A DNA stretch of 64,000 bases, from positions 6,887 through 70,886 of the IMG/VR virus record IMGVR_UViG_3300030106_005551. One strand, 5' to 3'. Made by a program: the position numbers and the translations under genes. The notes under the pieces are model-generated. The model saw only the letters and a list, made by a program, of their open reading frames with translations. It made no database searches and was not told where the DNA came from. Position 1 is the stretch's first letter; every line of letters begins with the position of its first letter. Positions 48,030 to 54,983 of this stretch are shown here, piece after piece. The DNA comes from a virus. Lineage: Duplodnaviria > Caudoviricetes.

Positions 48030-48401
48030 CTAATCGTGTTGCATTCTACCGCCATGACCGTATTTCATTTTCATACCATGCATAGCTTTATTTTTCATTT
48101 TCATGCCATACTTAGCCTTATTCTTTTTAGCACCGATTATTCTATCAGCAGCAGTTGCTTTTGGATTGTTGTCATATCCAGCTTTTACACTTAACATGCC
48201 AAACTCACCTCCCTTACTATACTTAAGCATCTTGCCACCACCTGCATAGTTTTTCATTTTCATACCTCCGTATGCTTTTGCTGTTTTAGCAGCATCTTTA
48301 AAATCTTGTGCGCTTGGAGCTCCAGGGTCTCCCGCTTTTCTCATTTTTTCACCACGCTTTCTTTTTGCGTGAATGTTTGCATATAAACCTTTTTTTGCCA
48401 T
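48030..48401 (-). CDS. Small basic protein with repeated xxxG(G/M)KM motifs
   Basis: KGLYANIHAKRKRGEKMRK..GAPS..DF domain plus six short motif copies. Confidence 0.7.
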   Translation of the reverse strand: MAKKGLYANIHAKRKRGEKMRKAGDPGAPSAQDFKDAAKTAKAYGGMKMKNYAGGGKMLKYSKGGEFGMLSVKAGYDNNPKATAADRIIGAKKNKAKYGMKMKNKAMHGMKMKYGHGGRMQHD

Positions 48402-48422
48402 TTTTTTATTATTTATTAGTTA

Positions 48423-48953
48423 TTACATTTCTTTAATTTCCTTTCTTCTTTCCAAGAAAGATAATCCTTTATCCCCAGCTATCTTTTGTCTTTCTCCTCT
48501 CCTGTCTATTGCATCTAAAAGAGCTTGTCTTGTTTTAAGTATCTTTTCCACCCCAATCATTAGCTTTTGTAACAGCTCAGCATTCTCTTCATCAAGATGC
48601 ATACTGTCAATAAGAGAGGTAAATTGATTAATCTTTTTATTAAAAGCTATCAACTGCTCGTCTAATGGATCAAATTGTAGTTCAGTATATTTAGAGCAAG
48701 CAGCTTTTAGCGTTGCATCTTTTACACCACTCCAATTATACGTGTCATATAAATCCTTAGAGACAGCCTTAACTCTCTCACTTTCACTATAATGCCTATA
48801 TGGGCTTTCATAGTCGTAGACTAGGGCAACCCATTTGAGGGCCGTAGGCCCGAATTTTTCTTTCTTAATGAGTGTAAGAAATTCAGGAACTCCAGTTACA
48901 CCATCATCGTCTTTAAATATGTCTCCCTTTCTGTTGAGATTTAACAAATACAT
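48423..48953 (-). CDS. Conserved crAss-like protein, candidate terminase small subunit
   Basis: LVYDYESPY..ER..ACSKY followed by a coiled coil; upstream of terL. The TerS role is inferred. Confidence 0.45.
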   Translation of the reverse strand: MYLLNLNRKGDIFKDDDGVTGVPEFLTLIKKEKFGPTALKWVALVYDYESPYRHYSESERVKAVSKDLYDTYNWSGVKDATLKAACSKYTELQFDPLDEQLIAFNKKINQFTSLIDSMHLDEENAELLQKLMIGVEKILKTRQALLDAIDRRGERQKIAGDKGLSFLERRKEIKEM

Positions 48954-49225
48954 TATTTCATATATTTAAGCTTCATCTTAAACACGTATCTTAAAAAATC
49001 TACACCCTCTGTACTATTATCATTTATTATTGTTTGTATATGATAATAAGGATTTTTTTCCATCATCCAATTGCTTTTTACAATTCTAAATCCGTGTCTT
49101 TTTGCTCTGCGTTTTATTTCCTCCTGTTCTTGCATCAGTTCTCCTAACCCGTCAAATATTTTTTCAAGATAATAAAATCCGTTTTTATTATATATTTTTC
49201 CTAAATCTTTATCTAATTTTTTCAT
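48953..49225 (-). CDS. Hypothetical protein
   Basis: ORF track. Confidence 0.55.
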   Translation of the reverse strand: MKKLDKDLGKIYNKNGFYYLEKIFDGLGELMQEQEEIKRRAKRHGFRIVKSNWMMEKNPYYHIQTIINDNSTEGVDFLRYVFKMKLKYMK

Positions 49226-49875
49226 TTTATTAATGACGATTGTTTAGTTCCAAATATACTATTTATTACGTTATTAACGTTAGGAATTTTATTAATATTA
49301 TTTGTATCGGCTAAGTAAGGAGCCATATTCTGCTTATACATTAACTCTTCTTTTTTTGCTTTAATAGCGTCAGTAGAATCTTTAGCTAACATGCTTTTGT
49401 TAAAAAGATTAAGTTTTTCTTGTGGATTATCAGTTCCTGCCCAATGATTCTTTAGCCAAAAGTCTGCGGTAGACTGTTGTCCAGACCAGAGTTTACTAAA
49501 GTCAGATGTTGGGTGTTCTCTATGGTAGCCTAAAAATAACATTTTTTGTTGATCAGCATTTAAACTACTTACATCAACACTTTTTTTACCCTCCCATAGC
49601 TCTCTAAGCCATTGAGGAACAAATTGATTATTTCTTTCTAGATAATTTACTGTTCTATTTACAGCAAGGTTGCCGCCTTTATTTTCTCCAACCTCAAATT
49701 GAAAAAGACCTCTGCCTGGTCCTCCTCCTTTTTGTTGAGCGGAAGCACTCATTCTTTGGGCTGGCCCAGTTTCGTGAAAGGCAATATAATCCATAAGTTG
49801 ATTATACTGGTCGGCAGTACCACCCTTATCTCTTATAATGAGCTGTAGTAATTCGCTGAGTCCTATTTCGTTCAT
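49222..49875 (-). CDS. Lysozyme-fold protein
   Basis: Helix-terminal Glu in IAFHETG followed by the GPGRGLFQFE hairpin motif. Confidence 0.6.
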   Translation of the reverse strand: MNEIGLSELLQLIIRDKGGTADQYNQLMDYIAFHETGPAQRMSASAQQKGGGPGRGLFQFEVGENKGGNLAVNRTVNYLERNNQFVPQWLRELWEGKKSVDVSSLNADQQKMLFLGYHREHPTSDFSKLWSGQQSTADFWLKNHWAGTDNPQEKLNLFNKSMLAKDSTDAIKAKKEELMYKQNMAPYLADTNNINKIPNVNNVINSIFGTKQSSLIK

Positions 49876-51254
49876 TAGAACCTGCCGCCATTAAGATAGT
49901 TTTTTGGGTTACGCTTTCTATGATCGTATCCTTTTTCTTTCATATCAAGATGGTCTTGTAATTTGTTAGCCTTATATGCTTTTCCTGTTTTTGGGTCATA
50001 CATCATATGTGGTTTAAACGCACCCCCTTTTGCCATTGACATTGCTCCTTTATTCATTGCGTTAGAAACTAAGCCGCTTAACTGGTTCATTGCTATAGCT
50101 TGGTTTGCTTGTTGAGTGTAATAACCACCATGATTATAATCTGGCATTTTCATTCCGTGTTTAGCATAATCTAATTCCTCCTCTACATTAGGAGTTACAA
50201 ATGGATTTTCTTTTTCCCCCACCCAGTCTCCTTCTAGCAATCCTGCTGGATCTGAAGATTTTTTAATATTAGAAAGTACATCCGCTTTCCTTACATTTAA
50301 TCCAGACATTACAGGTTCAGCTGCTTTCTGTATAGGATCTCTTTTTACTGTCTGCAAATTATCTTGTGGCATATTGAAATTGTAAGAATCTCTAGAAGGG
50401 AATAATACAGGTCTAACATACTCATTTAACAAATCTATTGCTCCAAACCCTAAAGATTTAGTTGCGTCTAACGCTCCCTCTATAAGTCCTCCAGCTAAAT
50501 TTAAACCTGCACCCATAATAGGCTCAGTTACATTTCTAACCCCTCTTAAAATAGGTGTTGCTACATCCATTGCTAAATCCATTCCAGGCTCTAATACAGG
50601 TTTTATAACTTTATTTGCCTCTTTCATTGCAGTAGTTGCCACCTTTCCAGTGCCCTCAACTAAACCTCTTGAGCCGCTAGCTATTGTTTTTACCGCTGGA
50701 GTGAGAGCTTTGTCGCCAACAGTTCTAACAACATTTGTACTTGCCTGAGCTAATGGGTCAACCACATTACCAGCTACATCAAACACTGGATTTAATACAG
50801 TATTAAGGGGTTGTGTAACAGCTTTAACGGCACTAGTAACAGGTTTAAAAACGGATCTAAGAAATCCACCAAGTCCATATTCAGGAACATCATACATACC
50901 TCCCTTATTAAAACTAGTAACATTTTCTCCCATATACGGATTTAGTGCAATAAGCGGATTTGCATCCATATTACCTTCCACTTGTGCAGATCCACCACCT
51001 CCACCTGGGCCTTTCATACCTCTCGCTTGCTCAATAGAGGTTGCTGATATTCTATTTAAATTGCCAAACAAAGAAGCTAAGTTGCCCTGTCTAGACATTC
51101 CTCTTAAATTAGGCGCATCATCTACTGGTATATCACGATTAACTCGGTTTGCAATATTAAAAGATCTATCTATTGCTGCCAAACCTAAAGGTGCATTTGA
51201 CATAGGAGCTTCTGCTGGAGGTAAATCTGTTGTAAAGTTCGGGAAGAATGCCAT
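49875..51254 (-). CDS. Putative cargo protein with amphipathic repeats and YxxGG motifs
   Basis: Pro-punctuated 11/7-residue repeats; six [YFM]xxG[GM] motifs; FKPHMMYDPKTGK module near the C-terminus. Confidence 0.7.
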   Translation of the reverse strand: MAFFPNFTTDLPPAEAPMSNAPLGLAAIDRSFNIANRVNRDIPVDDAPNLRGMSRQGNLASLFGNLNRISATSIEQARGMKGPGGGGGSAQVEGNMDANPLIALNPYMGENVTSFNKGGMYDVPEYGLGGFLRSVFKPVTSAVKAVTQPLNTVLNPVFDVAGNVVDPLAQASTNVVRTVGDKALTPAVKTIASGSRGLVEGTGKVATTAMKEANKVIKPVLEPGMDLAMDVATPILRGVRNVTEPIMGAGLNLAGGLIEGALDATKSLGFGAIDLLNEYVRPVLFPSRDSYNFNMPQDNLQTVKRDPIQKAAEPVMSGLNVRKADVLSNIKKSSDPAGLLEGDWVGEKENPFVTPNVEEELDYAKHGMKMPDYNHGGYYTQQANQAIAMNQLSGLVSNAMNKGAMSMAKGGAFKPHMMYDPKTGKAYKANKLQDHLDMKEKGYDHRKRNPKNYLNGGRF

Positions 51255-51270
51255 AGTATATTATTTTTTA

Positions 51271-51278
51271 CAAAGATA
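51271..51278 (-). promoter_or_regulatory. Bacteroidota -7 promoter box TATCTTTG at the start of the late region
   Basis: 16 nt upstream of the ATG at 51254. Confidence 0.7.
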
Positions 51279-51389
51279 TAAAAAAAATTTTTTATTTTTC
51301 TGAGGGAGGGATACTATATGCTTAAACCCCCCGTTGCATTTCAAAACTTTGGATACCCTACCCTATTTTTTAGATTCTCAATTCTTTTA

Positions 51390-51404
51390 CAACTTAATTA
51401 TAGA
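51390..51404 (+). promoter_or_regulatory. Early-region motif copy 1 (CAACTTAATTATAGA)
   Basis: 14/15 identical to copies 2 and 3; precedes the first plus-strand ORF. Confidence 0.55.
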
Positions 51405-51434
51405 CAATATAATTATTAATTTAAATTACTTATT

Positions 51435-51590
51435 ATGGACTATATACTATGGTTATTCTTACTATTCATTGGAATGTTTGCTAAATGCTTGGGTGCTTTG
51501 TTAGCATTTGGTGTAGCTTATTACATTTACAAAACCTATGCAGATAAACTAATTGATAAGGCAGATAAAATAATAAAGGGAGACAAATAG
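51435..51590 (+). CDS. Small membrane protein, 51 aa, first early gene (not in track)
   Basis: MDYILWLFLLFIGMFAKCLGALLAFGVAYYIYKTYADKLIDKADKIIKGDK; followed by a terminator. Confidence 0.7.
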   Translation: MDYILWLFLLFIGMFAKCLGALLAFGVAYYIYKTYADKLIDKADKIIKGDK

Positions 51591-51603
51591 TCTCTCTTTT
51601 TTT
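51578..51603 (+). terminator. Intrinsic terminator
   Basis: GGGAGAC-AAATA-GTCTCTC followed by T7. Confidence 0.75.
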
Positions 51604-51906
51604 CAATTTAGTATAAAATATGCGTATTGAAGTGTCAGTGTGATATAATCTATAACCCTTAATAATCACCCTTATAATAGCTATAATAACAGTATAATTA
51701 CTCTAAGTTATTGATAATCAATCAGTTATTGTTTATTTATCATTTATTACTAATGTATAATATATGTTCTAATATATTTAGATGATTAATAATAATAACT
51801 AACTAATGAGTTGGCGAAGTTATACATTTTATTTGACATTGTCAAGCGTTTAGCAGTTTTTTTATTCAACTATAATTGCTTATAATATTTAGCTGACTAA
51901 TTTTTT

Positions 51907-51921
51907 CAACTTAATAATAGA
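51907..51921 (+). promoter_or_regulatory. Early-region motif copy 2 (CAACTTAATAATAGA)
   Basis: 51901-51921 is identical over 21 nt to 52402-52422. Confidence 0.6.
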
Positions 51922-51925
51922 TAAC

Positions 51926-52005
51926 AAGAATAGAGTACAAGAGTGTGCGCGCTCTCCTCGTGGAAAGGTATATACATCATAGGTTTACCCTCTGTTCTTT
52001 TTTTT
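51926..52005 (+). ncRNA. Candidate small structured RNA
   Basis: AAGAATAGAG/CTCTGTTCTT end stem, inner AGAGTG/CGCTCT hairpin, T-tract; no ORF. Confidence 0.45.
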
Positions 52006-52027
52006 ATTAACTTAAATCAAAACTATT

Positions 52028-52288
52028 ATGAAAACTATAGGAATCAATTGCTCTTGTGGCAATACAGAAGGCTTTCAGCTTTCAAGTACAGCAGCTGAAT
52101 GCACAAGCTGTACAACATTACATACAATTACAGATGAGCCTGTGTTCATCACTCGTAACATTACACCTTTACACGTAATAGAACAACGTGCTAAAGAGCA
52201 AGCAGTAATAGATATGTGGCTAGATGATCAGCCATTTATTGACTGGTCTACTTGCTTTGATATAAATAACATAAGAGTGGCAGTTTAG
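52028..52288 (+). CDS. Small Zn-ribbon-like protein
   Basis: CSCG...CTSC. Confidence 0.65.
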   Translation: MKTIGINCSCGNTEGFQLSSTAAECTSCTTLHTITDEPVFITRNITPLHVIEQRAKEQAVIDMWLDDQPFIDWSTCFDINNIRVAV

Positions 52289-52299
52289 TCACTCTTTTT
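52273..52299 (+). terminator. Intrinsic terminator
   Basis: AAGAGTGGC-AGTTTA-GTCACTCTT followed by TTT. Confidence 0.7.
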
Positions 52300-52301
52300 A
52301 T

Positions 52302-52309
52302 TATCTTTG
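52302..52309 (+). promoter_or_regulatory. Bacteroidota -7 promoter box TATCTTTG
   Basis: Directly after a terminator and before a non-coding hairpin unit. Confidence 0.6.
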
Positions 52310-52317
52310 CAAACTTT

Positions 52318-52407
52318 TATAGAATGTTCCTCAGTGCTAATCTATATTGTCGTTAATTCTCTATTTAGCATTCTATACATAACGGGGCTTAGCACAGCCC
52401 CTTTTTT
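52318..52407 (+). ncRNA. Candidate ~90-nt sRNA with its own terminator
   Basis: TATAGAAT/ATTCTATA and GCTAA/TTAGC stems; GGGGCT/AGCCCC plus T6 terminator at 52384-52407. Confidence 0.45.
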
Positions 52408-52422
52408 CAACTTAATAATAGA
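52408..52422 (+). promoter_or_regulatory. Early-region motif copy 3 (CAACTTAATAATAGA)
   Basis: Identical to copy 2. Confidence 0.6.
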
Positions 52423-52605
52423 ATAGCGAACGTAGTATTGCAAGCTATCCTCTTTTCAGTAGTGGTGAAAGATCCAAACTCTAGATATTGCCCGTAAAGC
52501 ATATTGATAATGAGGCTTTAAACCATAGGGCTGATTAACTCGCATGAAATTGCCTATGAAATAACGCGGAGTACTCAATAGAGAGAGGTATACTATTCTT
52601 TTTTT
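52421..52605 (+). ncRNA. Candidate ~180-nt structured RNA
   Basis: End pairing, inner hairpins, a possible T-loop and H-type pseudoknot, T7 end; no ORF. Confidence 0.5.
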
Positions 52606-52619
52606 AACTTAAAAATAAC
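52605..52619 (+). promoter_or_regulatory. Early-region motif copy 4 (TAACTTAAAAATAAC)
   Basis: Degenerate copy before the ATG at 52650. Confidence 0.4.
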
Positions 52620-52649
52620 TAATCTAATATTAATCAAAACAATTAAATC

Positions 52650-53018
52650 ATGTCAGAAAACAAAAACACATTAGCAAAAGGTATGTTCGTTAGAGAGCAT
52701 ACATTTGATTCAGGAACTAAAATTCTTAATGTATCTATCAATGTAGCAGATTTTTGCTCATTCGTTAAAGATAATATGAATACAGATTCTAATGGTAATC
52801 AATGGGTTAACCTAAAATTAATCCCTAACAAAAATGTAGGAGACAATAAACTATCTCATACGCCTATTCTTAATGATTACACTCCTAAAAATGCAGACAG
52901 AGCTTTAGATGCATTAGCAGAAGTGCTTAAGCCTAGCGTTGAGGAGAGAGAAATAATAGAAACTCCTACAAAGAAAACTAGAAAGAAAGCAACTAAAAAG
53001 GCTGATCTGCCATTCTAA
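52650..53018 (+). CDS. Early SSB-like protein with C-terminal DLPF
   Basis: Beta-rich OB-like N-terminus, flexible tail ending KADLPF. Confidence 0.55.
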   Translation: MSENKNTLAKGMFVREHTFDSGTKILNVSINVADFCSFVKDNMNTDSNGNQWVNLKLIPNKNVGDNKLSHTPILNDYTPKNADRALDALAEVLKPSVEEREIIETPTKKTRKKATKKADLPF

Positions 53019-53248
53019 TGAGCATTCTAGGAATAGCATTCTTCGCTGCCATAGGTTATTATATCATAGTATATAAAGCCTTGGGCAGACGGAGACTAGT
53101 AAAAACTCAGACATTCTGGGATATATTATTTACATTATTACTACCATTATTATTTATTGGTACATTTAGTGGTCTAGCCACTGCTGTTATTGCAGGAGTA
53201 TTATTCTCTATCTTTACGGCAATGACTCCGTCACCTGACGAGCCATAA
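53018..53248 (+). CDS. Small multi-TM membrane protein
   Basis: Three hydrophobic segments. Confidence 0.7.
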   Translation: MSILGIAFFAAIGYYIIVYKALGRRRLVKTQTFWDILFTLLLPLLFIGTFSGLATAVIAGVLFSIFTAMTPSPDEP

Positions 53249-53252
53249 AAAT

Positions 53253-53277
53253 AAAGAGCCCTAGTGGCTCTTTTTTT
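53253..53277 (+). terminator. Intrinsic terminator
   Basis: GAGCC-CTAGT-GGCTC followed by T7. Confidence 0.75.
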
Positions 53278-53292
53278 CTACTTATTTATAAC
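53278..53292 (+). promoter_or_regulatory. Early-region motif copy 5 (CTACTTATTTATAAC)
   Basis: Immediately after the terminator, before the ATG at 53311. Confidence 0.5.
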
Positions 53293-53310
53293 TAATCAAA
53301 TACTTTTACT

Positions 53311-53694
53311 ATGAAAAAAGAAATCTATGAAATCTCATCACAATATATGAAAGATTTAAAAAAATTATTGAAAAACAAAAAAATATCACAGTATGATATA
53401 GCCCATCAGTCATTTAGAAAAAACAATGCTGATTGGATTATTAAACATGTGAATAAAGCAAAGCTTACAATTACATATCTTAATGGAGACGTAAGAGTAC
53501 TCCCTACATATAATGAGCTTATGCGTAGAGTTAGCTGGAGTAATAACGATTACAAATCAGCTAGACGTAGATTTATTAAAAGATATTATAGAATAGTTAA
53601 TGCTTTTACTAAACATAAAAATAGATTTAAAAGAAATACGATAGCCAACAAACTTAATCCACAACAGATTAAACAGTTAGCTTCGCAAATATAA
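53311..53694 (+). CDS. Basic hypothetical protein
   Basis: ORF track. Confidence 0.65.
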   Translation: MKKEIYEISSQYMKDLKKLLKNKKISQYDIAHQSFRKNNADWIIKHVNKAKLTITYLNGDVRVLPTYNELMRRVSWSNNDYKSARRRFIKRYYRIVNAFTKHKNRFKRNTIANKLNPQQIKQLASQI

Positions 53695-53932
53695 TGATAA
53701 GGTTATTAATGTAATATACCCTGGACCCTTATCATAGAGTCAGGTCGGGCAACTATTTGTAGAATTAATAAAATTCATAATTAAAGTGTTCTAATTGCAG
53801 ATAAACTTTAAACATAGCAAGTTGGCGTAAAACGTTCCTGACTCTAAACATAAGAAAGGAGGTTAGTAATTTAATTTTAATAACTCAGCGGTTATACTTT
53901 GTGTGTTGATTACAACTCCTCCTTTCTTTTTA
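53694..53932 (+). ncRNA. Candidate ~240-nt three-domain structured RNA
   Basis: Three perfect 9-11 bp long-range helices with nested hairpins in an ORF-free gap. Confidence 0.55.
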
Positions 53933-53951
53933 TTAATTAAAAACTAAAACA

Positions 53952-54200
53952 ATGAAAGCAAAAAAAATAGGAAAAAACCTTACAAAATCATATAGTGAAT
54001 GGAAAGAATATGTTAGCGATAGTTTAAAACAATCTAAACTTAAAAAAGAAGTTCCTAAAACTATAAATAAATTAAAAGATACTCTAAGTAAATTTGATGA
54101 CAAATTCTTAGGTAAATACAATTATTTTCTTGATGTAAAATATTTAAGAAAAAAAACAGAAGAAATATATAATCGTAGTAAAAGTCTTATAAATAAATAA
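53952..54200 (+). CDS. Lys-rich hypothetical protein
   Basis: ORF track. Confidence 0.6.
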   Translation: MKAKKIGKNLTKSYSEWKEYVSDSLKQSKLKKEVPKTINKLKDTLSKFDDKFLGKYNYFLDVKYLRKKTEEIYNRSKSLINK

Positions 54201-54202
54201 TT

Positions 54203-54451
54203 ATGGAAACTAATACAATTTCATTTAATGTTAGCAAAACTATTAACATCGGTAACTTTGAAGCTATTAAAATTAATTATGGTCAAAGCATTACAGTAGA
54301 CCCTACAAGACCTATTGAAGAGCAAAGACAAGAATTAATACAAGAATGCTATGCTACTGTTAAAAAAGAAACAGCATTATGGACGTTAAAACACGTGCAA
54401 CACGTTGATAGCAAAAAAAATACAACAATTTATAAAAGTAAAATAAAATGA
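54203..54451 (+). CDS. Conserved phage hypothetical protein
   Basis: SKTINIGNFEAIKIN pattern. Confidence 0.65.
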   Translation: METNTISFNVSKTINIGNFEAIKINYGQSITVDPTRPIEEQRQELIQECYATVKKETALWTLKHVQHVDSKKNTTIYKSKIK

Positions 54452-54723
54452 AAAAAGAAAAATATAATTGGCAAAGAAGTAAAGCAGACATAGAAAAATA
54501 CTGGACAGATTTAGTATCTAAAAATCTAGTCGGTAAAACTATAACAAAAGTTGAATATGTTGATGATGAAGAAGTAGAAGACAATATGTGGTATAAAAAA
54601 CCAATAGCAATACAATTAGACGGTAAGCACTGGTTAATTCCTATGTCAGACGATGAAGGTAATGACGGAGGCGCAATATCAACTACTTTTAAAGATTTAA
54701 AAACAATACCAGTAATATTTTGA
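54448..54723 (+). CDS. Hypothetical protein
   Basis: LVGKTITKVEY..PMSDDEGNDGGAI. Confidence 0.7.
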   Translation: MKKEKYNWQRSKADIEKYWTDLVSKNLVGKTITKVEYVDDEEVEDNMWYKKPIAIQLDGKHWLIPMSDDEGNDGGAISTTFKDLKTIPVIF

Positions 54724-54983
54724 AATCATATTTACTTAAAAAACTTATAGCAGGCTACAAGCTTCATCCTAAACATTCTGGATTTGATCTTGTAGCTCTG
54801 CCTTATAAGTATACTAACGAAAAAATACTTGTTAGATATAGTGACAAGAAAATGATAATAGATCAAGATACTCCACTGCTTGGAAAACAAACGTTTCCAG
54901 ATAAGTTTGGCAGAGATAAAACATATACTCTTTACTATTATCAATGGCAACCTATTAAAAATCAAATAAAATTAGAACTATGA
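54720..54983 (+). CDS. Hypothetical protein
   Basis: ORF track; overlaps its neighbours. Confidence 0.6.
   Translation: MKSYLLKKLIAGYKLHPKHSGFDLVALPYKYTNEKILVRYSDKKMIIDQDTPLLGKQTFPDKFGRDKTYTLYYYQWQPIKNQIKLEL

Noticed and set aside
59-51303. Short ORFs antisense to or nested in the minus-strand genes (e.g. 1611..1985, 12707..13030, 20618..20881, 39495..39701, 43349..43552)
   Set aside because: Shadows of long, motif-bearing genes, with biased composition and no recognisable motifs.
51818-51845. E. coli-type sigma70 promoter on the minus strand (TTGACA..TATAAC)
   Set aside because: The spacer is only 15 nt and the host lineage uses TAnnTTTG; treated as a palindrome instead.
51255-52027. Canonical DnaA boxes (TTATCCACA) as targets of the DnaA-IV protein
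   Set aside because: None noticed in the non-coding junction.
52524-52580. SAM-II/SAM-V riboswitch or hammerhead (GCTGATTAAC, GAAA, GTACT)
   Set aside because: The required TTGC/GCTAA or TTGTAC/GTACTAA pairing and the CTGANGA core are not satisfied; kept only as a generic pseudoknot.
51385-52620. Mini-CRISPR array from the repeated 21-mer
   Set aside because: The copies are about 500 nt apart, non-palindromic and T-rich; promoter-like placement fits better.
53694-53850. HDV-like (theta) ribozyme
   Set aside because: Could not build the P3/P1.1 nested pseudoknot or J4/2, and no adjacent tRNA was seen.
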